The notes: generated from the sequence alone by a model not told the origin. Counted from the stretch's first letter, positions 26,837-36,552 are shown. The stretch is DNA of 53,530 nt from Candidatus Cloacimonadota bacterium (GCA_030620155.1 JAUXFF010000002.1:1-53530), one strand, 5' to 3'. Translations and numbers: made by a program.

Positions 26837-28048
26837 TTAGAATCCTTTTTCTGCAATAGTACCACTTTCTACACTTGGGTCAAAATCAGGATGAGGTGTC
26901 TTCCAGTCCCCATAATTCAATTCAAGATATTCCTCTACATGAGAAGGTATCTTAACCTTCCTACCTTCCCAGGTAATAGTATCAAGTTTATCAAAAAACT
27001 TTCCTTTAGAGTGTTTTAACGCATTCATAATAATCCAATGATATCTATCATTTATTTTATACTTGAAAAACAGGTCAATATGAAAATTAATTCTTACTAT
27101 TCTTTCAAATGGAGTTTTAAGTTTGATAGACCTTATTCTACCCGGTAACCACTTATTTTTAGTTCTATTCGTTTTTACAAAAAACTTAGGAAAAAATTTA
27201 TGTTGTATTTTTAGTATTTTTTCAGCATACTCACCAGGAACTCCGAAATCCGCATCATGGTCCCAGGGTAAAAGGTCACCATCTCGGATTATTCCCAGTA
27301 AAGTTCCTTCATCTAACCAGTAAGGGATATTATTTTTTTCCAGGATATCGATTGCATCAAGAATAATTTTTTTCATACGTTCACGATATTTACCTTCTAA
27401 TCTGACTCTCTTTTTCTTCCTCTTCTTATATCCCCTTAATCTTTTCTTGGAAGGAACTTTTTTAATAATTTCATCCGGTACAATTGATAAATCATCTATC
27501 CCACTGATCCAATATTTTTGTACTTTCTTCCAATCCCCATATCTTGCAGTCAAATAATTCTCTGTGTCAGAAGGAACAGGGTATTCTTTACCTAGATAGT
27601 TTATTTTCTCCAATTCATCAAAAAAGTGTGAACTTACCCACTTACAGCTTCTTTTATCAATCCAGCGAAATGTATTTTCTTTTTTATACTTAAATGTAAC
27701 ATTTATTTTTAAACTGGCTTTTCTATGCTTTTCCCAACCTTTCAGAACCTTAACTCGAGGAAATTCGGTATCGATCCACCGGCGACCTGACCTGTCAACC
27801 ATAGGTTTTAACCTGTAAAATGGCGAGAAATCTTTTTTAAGGGATATAAACTTCTCATGATATTCACCAGGTATACCAATATCCAATTTTCTGTGCCGGG
27901 GTATGTTTTTTTTATCCCTGATTATCCCCAGTAATGTGCCGGATTCAAGCCAGAAGGGAATATTGTGTTTTCTTAATATTTTAAATGTATTTTGTACTAA
28001 TTTACTTTGTATTGGTTCAAATTGTTTCATATCTATTCCTGTTATCAC
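26837..28048 (-). CDS. tandem LicD-domain protein (first domain degenerate, second intact)
   Basis: Domain 1 reads IPFWLESGTLLGIIRDKKNIPRHRKLDIGI (PWDxDxD lost). Domain 2 reads IPYWLDEGTLLGIIRDGDLLPWDHDADFGV. Each domain ends with YGDWK. Confidence 0.8.
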   Translation of the reverse strand: MITGIDMKQFEPIQSKLVQNTFKILRKHNIPFWLESGTLLGIIRDKKNIPRHRKLDIGIPGEYHEKFISLKKDFSPFYRLKPMVDRSGRRWIDTEFPRVKVLKGWEKHRKASLKINVTFKYKKENTFRWIDKRSCKWVSSHFFDELEKINYLGKEYPVPSDTENYLTARYGDWKKVQKYWISGIDDLSIVPDEIIKKVPSKKRLRGYKKRKKKRVRLEGKYRERMKKIILDAIDILEKNNIPYWLDEGTLLGIIRDGDLLPWDHDADFGVPGEYAEKILKIQHKFFPKFFVKTNRTKNKWLPGRIRSIKLKTPFERIVRINFHIDLFFKYKINDRYHWIIMNALKHSKGKFFDKLDTITWEGRKVKIPSHVEEYLELNYGDWKTPHPDFDPSVESGTIAEKGF

Positions 28049-29109
28049 GACATTTTCTGTAAACGATCTTTAACCCATTCTATAGCACGTTCATTAGCTT
28101 TGCCATCATTAAAATAGAAAGTATTCTCTTTAACAACCTGGATTTGTTCTGCAAAAGGATGTTTCTTTAAAGATTCTGATATCAGTTCATTAATATTATT
28201 TTCACCCGGAATATAGGTATAACCGCAAGAATAGACCTGAAATTTCTTCTTCCTGATCCATTTCCCTTTTTCCAGCCCTTCATCACTTGTTTTTATCAGA
28301 ATCAAGGGTTTATTAAAAAACAGCCAATCATACATAACAGAGGAATTTTCTCCGATCAAGAGATCTGCTACTGTAAGATTTTCAATAATATCAATTTCAT
28401 CAGGATCGATTAGATACACATTATTAATTTTGTTTTTCTTAATAAAATCTTCTATGATAGTATAGTTCTTTAAATCATAGGGGTGAGTTCTAATCAGTAA
28501 ATTATGTTCTTTTGAGATTAATGAACAAAATTTCTTATAGGTCTTTAATAATGAACCGTGTCCCCTACTCCAGGTTGGAGCATATAAAATATTCTTTCTG
28601 GATTTATCCTTAATGCCCAGTTTCTGAATTGTCTTATCTTTTTTATACTTATTATTAATAATAAAATCCGATCTCAAATGTCCGATTTTCACAATCCTTT
28701 TATTAAAACTTCTCAGTCCATATGAGTAGTGTTTGAATCTTTGATAATCTTTATCTCCGGAAATGAAATAAAAATCGTACCTGCTCACAGGAAACTTCCT
28801 GCCTTTTAATGTTTTGTCCATTCCCATTCCATGATAGATAAGTACATTCTTAAAATGTTTTCCTCTCTCTAAAAAGTATTTACTATTCAAAGCCATTTCA
28901 ATTATCAATCCACCAACTTTTTGTGGTAACACTCTACTCTTTGGAAATAAATAGCAGTTTTCTTTTCCTACTTTAGTCTGGAGAAGATCAAATCTCTCAG
29001 AATTTAGTTGTATAAATTTTCCTCCCAGATGTTTGTATATTTCCCATATATAGCTGTACTGATAATATGATTTAGCACGATAATATAAATCTGTCACCCA
29101 CTCTCCCAA
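28045..29109 (-). CDS. CDP-glycerol glycerophosphotransferase family protein (TagB/TagF-like)
   Basis: ILYAPTWSRG, LIGENSSVMYDWLFFNKPLILI and DGKANERA motifs. Confidence 0.7.
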   Translation of the reverse strand: MGEWVTDLYYRAKSYYQYSYIWEIYKHLGGKFIQLNSERFDLLQTKVGKENCYLFPKSRVLPQKVGGLIIEMALNSKYFLERGKHFKNVLIYHGMGMDKTLKGRKFPVSRYDFYFISGDKDYQRFKHYSYGLRSFNKRIVKIGHLRSDFIINNKYKKDKTIQKLGIKDKSRKNILYAPTWSRGHGSLLKTYKKFCSLISKEHNLLIRTHPYDLKNYTIIEDFIKKNKINNVYLIDPDEIDIIENLTVADLLIGENSSVMYDWLFFNKPLILIKTSDEGLEKGKWIRKKKFQVYSCGYTYIPGENNINELISESLKKHPFAEQIQVVKENTFYFNDGKANERAIEWVKDRLQKMS

Positions 29110-29241
29110 GAGTAAAAAATTAGTTGTGAAATAAATTTAGGAATTATAATTGTCAAGTCCATAATAAAATCTTCCAAGAAAAATTGTAGACATATAATTA
29201 GCATAAATGTATATTGTTTTATAAAAAATAAGGAATTATAT

Positions 29242-30006
29242 ATGAGAGCAATAATTATTGCAGCAGGGAAAGGTACCAGATTATATCCATTAACAAAAAA
29301 TACTCCCAAAAGCCTTTTGGAGGTTGGGGACGGTCTTTCATTGTTAGAAACTCAGTTACATAGTTTAGCGGAAAATAATATTAAAGATATCACAATAATT
29401 GTAGGTTATAGAGCAGAACAAATTGAAGCTAAATTACACAAATATAGAAACAAATTTAATATCTCTACAGTATACAATCCTTTCTATGATATCTCAAATA
29501 ACTTAATCTCAGTGTGGATGGCTAGACATTTTATGCATAAGGATTTTATTTCTATCAATGGTGATGATATATTTACTCCTATAGTTATTGAAAATCTTCT
29601 TAAAAGTAAAAATAATGTTACGATGGTAATAGATGAGAAAAAAAACTATGATGAAGATGATATGAAAGTAATTCATTCTGAAGAATTAATTCATGAAGTT
29701 AGTAAAAAAATAATGCCTGAAAAAGCAAATGGTGAATCAATTGGAATTATTAAGTTCTCAGGTCATGGACCCAAAATATACAGAAATATACTTGAAGAAA
29801 TGGTTAGATTTCCCGAAAATAAAGATGTGTTCTATCTCCAGGCAATTCAGGAAATAATCCATAAGGGTTATCCCGTACATTTTTCTGTTTGTAATGAAAA
29901 TGATTGGGGTGAATTAGATTTTCATCCTGATCTTATGCTGATCAGGGAATATGTTTCCCAAACTAATCTGGTAGATAAAATTTTCGGTGATAAAAAAGAA
30001 TTATGA
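29242..30006 (+). CDS. LicC/PntC-like nucleotidyltransferase (phosphocholine- or phosphonate-cytidylyltransferase-like)
   Basis: N-terminal MRAIIIAAGKGTRLYPLTKNTPKSLLEV matches the G-x-G-T-R-L nucleotide-binding signature. Size (254 aa) and the ...NGDD... / ANGESIGIIKFS layout resemble LicC. Confidence 0.7.
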   Translation: MRAIIIAAGKGTRLYPLTKNTPKSLLEVGDGLSLLETQLHSLAENNIKDITIIVGYRAEQIEAKLHKYRNKFNISTVYNPFYDISNNLISVWMARHFMHKDFISINGDDIFTPIVIENLLKSKNNVTMVIDEKKNYDEDDMKVIHSEELIHEVSKKIMPEKANGESIGIIKFSGHGPKIYRNILEEMVRFPENKDVFYLQAIQEIIHKGYPVHFSVCNENDWGELDFHPDLMLIREYVSQTNLVDKIFGDKKEL

Positions 30007-30581
30007 TCCACAATCTTCTGAAAGGTAAGCAGGTAATTTTAGCTTCAGCTTCTCCAAGACGAAAAGAAATATTTGATCTCATTGGCATTAAAGCCCTTCA
30101 AATGCCTGCTGAGATAGAGGAAGATAACTGTATTGCGAATCCCAGAAAACTTGTTCAATTCCATGCAGAAAACAAAGCGAAATCCATTTCCGGGAAAGTT
30201 GACTCAGAGTGCTTAATTGTAGCAGCAGACACAATTGTTTATCACAACAATAAAATTATGGGTAAACCTGTAGATAAATTTGAAGCAGCATCTTTTCTCA
30301 CCAGATTATCAGGTACATTTCATTATGTTTATACAGGTATCTCAATTTCTTACAAAAACCAGTTATTAACAGATTTTACAAAATCCCGGGTCGAATTTAT
30401 ACAGATTTCTGCAAAAGAAATTGAAGACTACCTTAAAACAGGTGAACCTTTAGACAAAGCCGGAGCTTATGGAATTCAGGGTTACGGAAGCCAATTTATT
30501 AAAAAAATATCAGGTTGCTATTTTAATGTAATGGGATTCCCTGTTTCTCTATTTTATCAAATGCTGAAAAAGATATTGTGA
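30003..30581 (+). CDS. maf: Maf-like nucleoside triphosphate pyrophosphatase
   Basis: ILASASPRRKEI, AADTIV and KAGAYGIQG motifs. Confidence 0.85.
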   Translation: MIHNLLKGKQVILASASPRRKEIFDLIGIKALQMPAEIEEDNCIANPRKLVQFHAENKAKSISGKVDSECLIVAADTIVYHNNKIMGKPVDKFEAASFLTRLSGTFHYVYTGISISYKNQLLTDFTKSRVEFIQISAKEIEDYLKTGEPLDKAGAYGIQGYGSQFIKKISGCYFNVMGFPVSLFYQMLKKIL

Positions 30582-32053
30582 AACTGTTTTATAACGCAAA
30601 ATTCTACTCAATGGATAAAGAAGGTGAATTCTTTTCCGCCGTTCTTGTTAATAATGGAACTATCCTGGAAACGCTTAAAAATACCCCTGAATTTAAAGAT
30701 ATTGAAAAAATTAACCTGGAGAATTCTTTTGTTTACCCGGGATTCATTGATACTCATACTCACTCTTTTGAAGGCGGGTTATATAGTTCAGGTGTAAATT
30801 TAGAAAATGTAACTTCATTAGAAGAAGTTTTTGAGCTACTGGTAGAAGCAAAACCAATCGATGGGAAAATTCTGGCTTTTCATTTTGATGAAAACGATAT
30901 AAAAGAACAGCGATTCCCAACTGCAGAGGAACTGGATAAAATTTACCCGGAAATGCCTGTTTTACTGAGAAGAGTGGATGGTCATTCTTCAGTTATCAAC
31001 ACTTCAGCAGCAAAAAAAATCAACTGGGAAAAACCTTTACTTGCTAATTTCAACGGATATCTTAATAAATCTATGGATGGGAAAGCGTCAAAATGGTTTC
31101 ATGAAAATCTCTCTGATGAAGCTATTCTAAGAGCTTATACTAAAGCATCTGAAATTGCACTTAAAACCGGTCACACAACAATTCATACAATGGTTGGCAA
31201 TACCAGGTCAGATACTAAACATTTTAAATTAATTCAAAAAAACATAAATAACTTTCCCATCGAATTTATCTTATATCCTCAAATTACTGATATAGAGAGT
31301 GCTCTTGAAATAGGGTCACCCAGAATCGGAGGATGTTTATTAGCGGACGGTTCTTTTGGTTCACATACTGCTGCCTTGTTACAACCATATTCCGATCAAC
31401 CCGATAACAAGGGTATTTTGTATAGAAGTAATGAATTCTGGGAAAAATTCATCCGCAAAGCACACAGGGAAAACCTGCAGGTCTTTATTCACTGTATCGG
31501 GGATGCAGCTATTACTCAAATATTAAATTGCTATGAAAAAGTTCAAAAAAAAAATCCGAAAGATATGCGTCATGGAATAATACACAATGAATTAACCTCT
31601 GATAATATGCTCGACAGAATGCAGAAAATCAATATCAGTTCAATGATGCAACCTGCTTTTGACAAATTATGGGGCGGTAATAATGGTTTGTATGAAAGAA
31701 GATTAGGAAAAGAAAGGACTTCCAGAACTAACCGTCTGGCTTCAATTTATAACCGTGGTATTTTAATTACCGGAGGTTCTGATTGGTACATTACAGACCT
31801 GAATGCTCTTAAGGGTATAGATGCTGCTGTTAGAATTCATAATCCATATGAAAGATTAAGTAAATTCCAGGCTTTAGAACTTTATACTTCGAATGCTGCC
31901 CAACTCTCTTCTGACGAAAACAGGTTGGGACGGATAAAAAAAGAACTGCAAGCTGATTTTGTATGTTTGGACGAAGATATATTCAAATCTGAAAACATTA
32001 ATAAAATTAAAGTAAACTCTGTAATTAAGAAAGGAATTTCATATCAATGGTAA
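30578..32053 (+). CDS. amidohydrolase-family metal-dependent hydrolase (YtcJ/Amidohydro_3-like)
   Basis: PGFIDTHTHS (HxH metal site), HCIGD and GGSDW motifs. 491 aa. Confidence 0.7.
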   Translation: MKLFYNAKFYSMDKEGEFFSAVLVNNGTILETLKNTPEFKDIEKINLENSFVYPGFIDTHTHSFEGGLYSSGVNLENVTSLEEVFELLVEAKPIDGKILAFHFDENDIKEQRFPTAEELDKIYPEMPVLLRRVDGHSSVINTSAAKKINWEKPLLANFNGYLNKSMDGKASKWFHENLSDEAILRAYTKASEIALKTGHTTIHTMVGNTRSDTKHFKLIQKNINNFPIEFILYPQITDIESALEIGSPRIGGCLLADGSFGSHTAALLQPYSDQPDNKGILYRSNEFWEKFIRKAHRENLQVFIHCIGDAAITQILNCYEKVQKKNPKDMRHGIIHNELTSDNMLDRMQKINISSMMQPAFDKLWGGNNGLYERRLGKERTSRTNRLASIYNRGILITGGSDWYITDLNALKGIDAAVRIHNPYERLSKFQALELYTSNAAQLSSDENRLGRIKKELQADFVCLDEDIFKSENINKIKVNSVIKKGISYQW

Positions 32054-32868
32054 ACAATTCTCAGGAAAAAGTGATTAGAAACAACATCAGAAAATTCAAA
32101 ATAAGAAAAATAATACAGAGCGTTTTTTTTTCAATAATATTATTACTATTTGCAACCTTAATTAAAGGGGATTTAAATAATGCTCACCCTTTTTGTCCAT
32201 ATTCATCAGTATGTTTCGGTCCCATGCTTTTAAAGGGATTTCTAATTTTCCCGATTTCGGTTATCGGGGGTTTAATAATTGCTTTTTTAAGTATGTTCTT
32301 TGGAAGGAAATTTTGTAGTTACGTTTGCTTTTTAGGCACTTTACAGGAATACATCTATAAATTAAATTCAAAAAAGAACAAATTCAATCAAAAAATCCCA
32401 CAAAAATACCATAGGATTTTAATTATACTTAAATATATGGTTTTTGCTTTTACCCTTACAGCAGCTTTTTTTTCTATCCAATATACATTTATGAAATATT
32501 GTCCGGTTTTAAACCTTGCATTTCCGACTAAAATAGGAGTTATTTCAGGATTTGTTCTGTTTGTAATATTTGTGGTTGGATTTTTTGTAGAAAGATTCTG
32601 GTGCAGGTATTTATGTCCTTATGCTGCTTTGATGAACCTCTTTCAATATTTGGGAAAACTCATTGGTGTAAAAAGAACAAAAATTTTCAGGAACATTAAA
32701 ACAAGTATAAATTGTTTTAACTGTGAAAATTATTGCCCTATGCATATTGATATAGGTTATAATGAAGAAATTTCAGACCCGAATTGTATACAATGTTATA
32801 GATGTGTAAGGATTTGCTCCAAAACCGAAACTTCAAAATCAAAATGTATATACAAAGACAATATATAG
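32047..32868 (+). CDS. membrane-bound 4Fe-4S binding protein (NapH/MauN-like polyferredoxin)
   Basis: Several TM segments, CPY and FWCRYLCPYAAL motifs, and C-terminal CFNCENYCP and CIQCYRCVRIC clusters. Confidence 0.7.
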   Translation: MVNNSQEKVIRNNIRKFKIRKIIQSVFFSIILLLFATLIKGDLNNAHPFCPYSSVCFGPMLLKGFLIFPISVIGGLIIAFLSMFFGRKFCSYVCFLGTLQEYIYKLNSKKNKFNQKIPQKYHRILIILKYMVFAFTLTAAFFSIQYTFMKYCPVLNLAFPTKIGVISGFVLFVIFVVGFFVERFWCRYLCPYAALMNLFQYLGKLIGVKRTKIFRNIKTSINCFNCENYCPMHIDIGYNEEISDPNCIQCYRCVRICSKTETSKSKCIYKDNI

Positions 32869-32874
32869 AAAAAT

Positions 32875-33744
32875 TTAAACCCGGTTATTAAATCTCTTAC
32901 AAGAGATCAGGACATTATTCAACAAAAGTGCTGTTGTAACAGAACCTACTCCACCGGGAACAGGTGTTATTGCCGAAGCTTTTTCAAAACAATTTTCAAA
33001 ATCAACATCCCCTACATATTTATAACCCCTTTCCGGGTCTTCGATCTGGTTAATACCAACATCTATTATAACAACATTCTCTCTTATCATATCAGGAGTA
33101 ACGAAAAATGGTTTTCCAATTGCTGCAATAAGGATATCCGCTGTTTGAGTAATTTCCTGAATATTTTTTGTCCGACTATGACAAATTGTAACAGTAGCAT
33201 TTCCAATCTCAGATTTCCTTAACAATAAATTTGCCAAAGGTTTACCTACAATATTACTTCTGCCGATTATTACAACATTTTTACCTTTTACTTCTATTTC
33301 GTAGAATCGTAATATTTCGAGAACAGCAGCCGCTGTTGAAGGAATAAAACCTTCGCGGTGTAAGACCAGGTTTCCCATATTCAGAGGATGAAAACCATCA
33401 ACATCCTTTTGGGGATCTATTGTCATCACGATTTCATCTTCATCCAGATGAGATGGTAAAGGTTTTTGTATCATTATCCCGTGCACTGTAGTATCATGGT
33501 TCAATTTTTCTATCTCATTTAGGAATTCAATTTGTGAAATCTGCGAATCGAAATTTTTTGTTTGAATTTTTATTCCGACTTTTTCACCCTTTTTTTCCAG
33601 ATTGCGAACATAATAAGCAGCAGAAGGATCTTCTCCAATAAAGATTATAACAAGCTTAGGAGAGTAATTCTTTTGAAATATCTCTTCTTTTATTTTAGAA
33701 TAAATTTCTTTAATTACCGGTTTAGCAGTTAATTTTACTGTCAT
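32875..33744 (-). CDS. folD: bifunctional methylenetetrahydrofolate dehydrogenase/cyclohydrolase
   Basis: Typical FolD pattern: ...VGEDPSAAYYVRN..K....GI......HGIMIQKPLP...DVDGFHP.N.G...GRSNIVGKP...L......ATVTICHS.T...PVPGGVGSVT. Confidence 0.9.
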   Translation of the reverse strand: MTVKLTAKPVIKEIYSKIKEEIFQKNYSPKLVIIFIGEDPSAAYYVRNLEKKGEKVGIKIQTKNFDSQISQIEFLNEIEKLNHDTTVHGIMIQKPLPSHLDEDEIVMTIDPQKDVDGFHPLNMGNLVLHREGFIPSTAAAVLEILRFYEIEVKGKNVVIIGRSNIVGKPLANLLLRKSEIGNATVTICHSRTKNIQEITQTADILIAAIGKPFFVTPDMIRENVVIIDVGINQIEDPERGYKYVGDVDFENCFEKASAITPVPGGVGSVTTALLLNNVLISCKRFNNRV

Positions 33745-34523
33745 TAAACCTTCCTCTTTATTCTCTGGATTTCTACTGCTCTGCCTGTTTTATCATCTAT
33801 ATTGATAAATATTGCATTAATTTGAAGTCCTTCTGAGGAAACTTCATATCGAGTCGGCATACCTGTCACCATTCTTTCTAGAATAATATTTTTCTTTATG
33901 CCAATCACAGAATCGTGGGGTCCAGTCATTCCAACATCCGTGATATAAGCTGTTCCCTGGGGTAGAATTTCTTCATCCGCAGTCTGTATATGAGTATGAG
34001 TGCCTATCACAGCACTTACTCTTCCATCAAGGTAGAATCCCATAGCTCTTTTTTCTGCCGTTGCTTCAGCATGAATATCTACTAAAATATTATTTGTTTT
34101 TTTTCTTAGTTCAGGTAAAAATTTATCAATTGTCTCAAAAGGTGAGTTAGCAGGTCCCATGAAAGCCTGTCCAATCAAGCACACAACTGCGAGTTTTTGT
34201 TTATTTGCTGTATAATGAATAAGATAATTGTTTCCTAAAGCTTTTTCAGGATAATTCAGAGGTTTTAGAATTCTTTTTTCTGTTTCAAGAAAAGATATGG
34301 AATCTCTTTGATCCCAAAGATGATTTCCACTGGTAAAAATATCAATTCCAGCTTCAAAAAGTTTCCTGGAAGTTTTTTCTGTTATCCCTCTGCCCTGAGC
34401 AACATTTTCACCATTGGATATGCAAACATCTATTTCAAATTCATCTTTTAACGATGGGAGATAATCGAAAATGACCTGTCTACCGTATTTACCAAAAATA
34501 TCACCAATAAATAATATTTTCAT
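33744..34523 (-). CDS. YmdB-like metallophosphoesterase (TIGR00282 family)
   Basis: MKILFIGDIFG, NGENVAQGRGIT, DIHAEATAEK, GTHTHIQTADE and TDVGMTGP motifs. Confidence 0.85.
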   Translation of the reverse strand: MKILFIGDIFGKYGRQVIFDYLPSLKDEFEIDVCISNGENVAQGRGITEKTSRKLFEAGIDIFTSGNHLWDQRDSISFLETEKRILKPLNYPEKALGNNYLIHYTANKQKLAVVCLIGQAFMGPANSPFETIDKFLPELRKKTNNILVDIHAEATAEKRAMGFYLDGRVSAVIGTHTHIQTADEEILPQGTAYITDVGMTGPHDSVIGIKKNIILERMVTGMPTRYEVSSEGLQINAIFINIDDKTGRAVEIQRIKRKV

Positions 34524-36088
34524 TATTTGGCAACTGCGCTCTGTCGAGTTTCTCTAATAACCATAACTTTTATTTGACCTGGATATTGTAATTCTTTTTC
34601 AATTTTCTCTGCAATGTCAGAAGCAATATAAGCTGTTTGATTATCATCAACAGAAATCGGATCAACAATTATTCGCAGTTCCCTCCCTGCTTGAATAGCA
34701 AAAGATTTATTAACTCCCTCAATAGAATTGGCGATTTCCTCCATTTTATTTAAGCGCTTCATATATGTTTCCAGCATTTCCCGTCTTGCCCCGGGTCTTG
34801 CACCTGATACAGCATCAGATATCTGAGTAAGAACTGCATAAACGCTCTTATATTCAACTTCCTCATGGTGAGCTTCAATTGCATTGATAATTATATTGCT
34901 CTCCCCGTTTTTCCTGGCAATATTCGCCCCTAACTGTGCATGAGAGCCATCATACTCATGATCAATCGCCTTGCCAATGTCATGAAGAAATCCGGCTCTT
35001 CGGGCTATTTCCTGATCCAGACCTAATTCGGAAGCTAAAATTCCACATATCCAGGCAGTTTCAATTGAATGTTGTAAAATATTCTGACCATAACTCGTTC
35101 TATATTTCAATCTCCCAATAATTTTCATTACATTCTTCGAGATATTATGTAGGTTGATCTCCATACAAGCCTTTTCACCAATCTGAATAAGATCATCATT
35201 CATTTCTTTTGTAGTTTTTTCTATAACCTGCTCAATTCTTCCAGGATGAATTCTACCATCTAAAATCAGCTTCTCCAGAGATAACCGGGCGATTTCTCTT
35301 CTCACAGGGTCAAATGCAGACAAAACTACAGCTTCTGGTGTATCATCTATAATCAGGTCAACCCCGGAAGCTTTTTCAAAAGAGCGGATATTACGACCTT
35401 CTCGCCCTATAATCCTTCCTTTCATTTCCTCATCAGGTAGAGAAACCACTGACACAGTAGATTCTGATACATAATCAATTGACACTCTCTGCATTGCTGT
35501 TGCCAAAACTCCAGCTACAAGTTTATTGGCATCTGCTTTTGCCTGGTTTGCAATATTACGAACTGCTTTTGCTGCTTCATTTCTCGCTTTATTTTTGAGA
35601 TTGTTCTTCAGAATTTGAATTGCTTCTTCCCTGGAAAGTCTGGCTATTTCGGAAAGTTTTGTATTTTGTTCTTCAATTAACTTATTAAGTTCGTCATTTT
35701 TCTTTTGAATTTCTGATTCTTTATTCTTAATTTTCTTTTCAAATTCCTGCAGATATTCATCCTTTTTTTCTAAAGTCATCAGTCTTTTATCTAAACTCGA
35801 AACTCTTTCATTAAATTCTTTCTCAAGAATATAGAGTTCTTTTTTTCTTCGATTAATCTCATCTTCATAAGTTTTTTGAGTTTTATACCAACCCTCTTTA
35901 GCCTCTAAAACTGCAGATTTCTTTAAGGTTTCTGCTTCCATTTTGGAATCTTCTAATATCTTTTTGGCTAGTTCATTGGATTTAAGAATATTTTTATTAT
36001 CTTTAGTCCTTTTAATGTAATTTGCAAACAATGAAACTATAATACCAAGGGCAAGACACACTACTCCTACAATGATATATATATACAT
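34523..36088 (-). CDS. rny: ribonuclease Y
   Basis: N-terminal TM helix, a long coiled coil, a KH domain (GRIIGREGRNIR), and an HD domain (HSIETA...LHDIGKA). Confidence 0.9.
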   Translation of the reverse strand: MYIYIIVGVVCLALGIIVSLFANYIKRTKDNKNILKSNELAKKILEDSKMEAETLKKSAVLEAKEGWYKTQKTYEDEINRRKKELYILEKEFNERVSSLDKRLMTLEKKDEYLQEFEKKIKNKESEIQKKNDELNKLIEEQNTKLSEIARLSREEAIQILKNNLKNKARNEAAKAVRNIANQAKADANKLVAGVLATAMQRVSIDYVSESTVSVVSLPDEEMKGRIIGREGRNIRSFEKASGVDLIIDDTPEAVVLSAFDPVRREIARLSLEKLILDGRIHPGRIEQVIEKTTKEMNDDLIQIGEKACMEINLHNISKNVMKIIGRLKYRTSYGQNILQHSIETAWICGILASELGLDQEIARRAGFLHDIGKAIDHEYDGSHAQLGANIARKNGESNIIINAIEAHHEEVEYKSVYAVLTQISDAVSGARPGARREMLETYMKRLNKMEEIANSIEGVNKSFAIQAGRELRIIVDPISVDDNQTAYIASDIAEKIEKELQYPGQIKVMVIRETRQSAVAK

Positions 36089-36103
36089 GATTTTCCTCTC
36101 TTT

Positions 36104-36279
36104 TTATATAACCCGCAGTACCGTGTACTATATGTTTTCTCGAACCCACAACAAGTGTGGACGTCTACCTTGTCTGCTTTACAGATCCGGATCGTGTCCG
36201 GCATGTGCGCCACAAATGGCTCGACTTCCGATTATCATTTAGTTCAGAAACAAAAATAATAACACGTATACCGCAGGCT
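36104..36279 (-). ncRNA. ssrS: probable 6S RNA
   Basis: A GC-enriched ~176-nt non-coding gap lies directly downstream of zapA on the minus strand. The ends pair (5' GCCUGCGGUAUACGUGU with 3' ACACGGUACUGCGGGU). A second helix is GUUUCUGAAC/GUUCGAGAAAC. There is an apical CCGGA-CACGA-UCCGG hairpin and a CCACA-CUUGU-UGUGG hairpin on the 3' side. zapA-ssrS synteny is known from E. coli. Ends are approximate. Confidence 0.5.
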
Positions 36280-36549
36280 TTATATTTCATCTTCAAATTT
36301 AATTAACAGTTCGTTTAACTGCTTTAACTCACCACTTAAATTCTTATTAATTTCTAACTCATTGAAATAATTCTCAATTAAAATTAGAGCATGAAGAACA
36401 AACAATTTACTTTGATCAACAGTATTAAACTTTTCGTTAAGTTCTTCTAACTGTGTTCCAAGATACTCAGCATGTTTTAGAAGTTCATCCGGGTTATTAC
36501 TTTTTATATAATATTTTTTCCCAAGAATTTCAACTTCTACTGTTTTCAT
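36280..36549 (-). CDS. zapA: cell division protein ZapA
   Basis: 89 aa. V.ILGKKY.I........L...A.YL...L.EL followed by a coiled-coil tail is typical of ZapA. The gene lies downstream of pheT, as in many genomes. Confidence 0.7.
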   Translation of the reverse strand: MKTVEVEILGKKYYIKSNNPDELLKHAEYLGTQLEELNEKFNTVDQSKLFVLHALILIENYFNELEINKNLSGELKQLNELLIKFEDEI

Positions 36550-36552
36550 CTT

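Noticed and set aside
29094-29309. 71-aa minus-strand ORF across the divergent promoter region and the start of the LicC-like gene.
   Set aside because: It overlaps the strongly supported GxGTRL N-terminus of 29242..30006 on the opposite strand. It is likely spurious.
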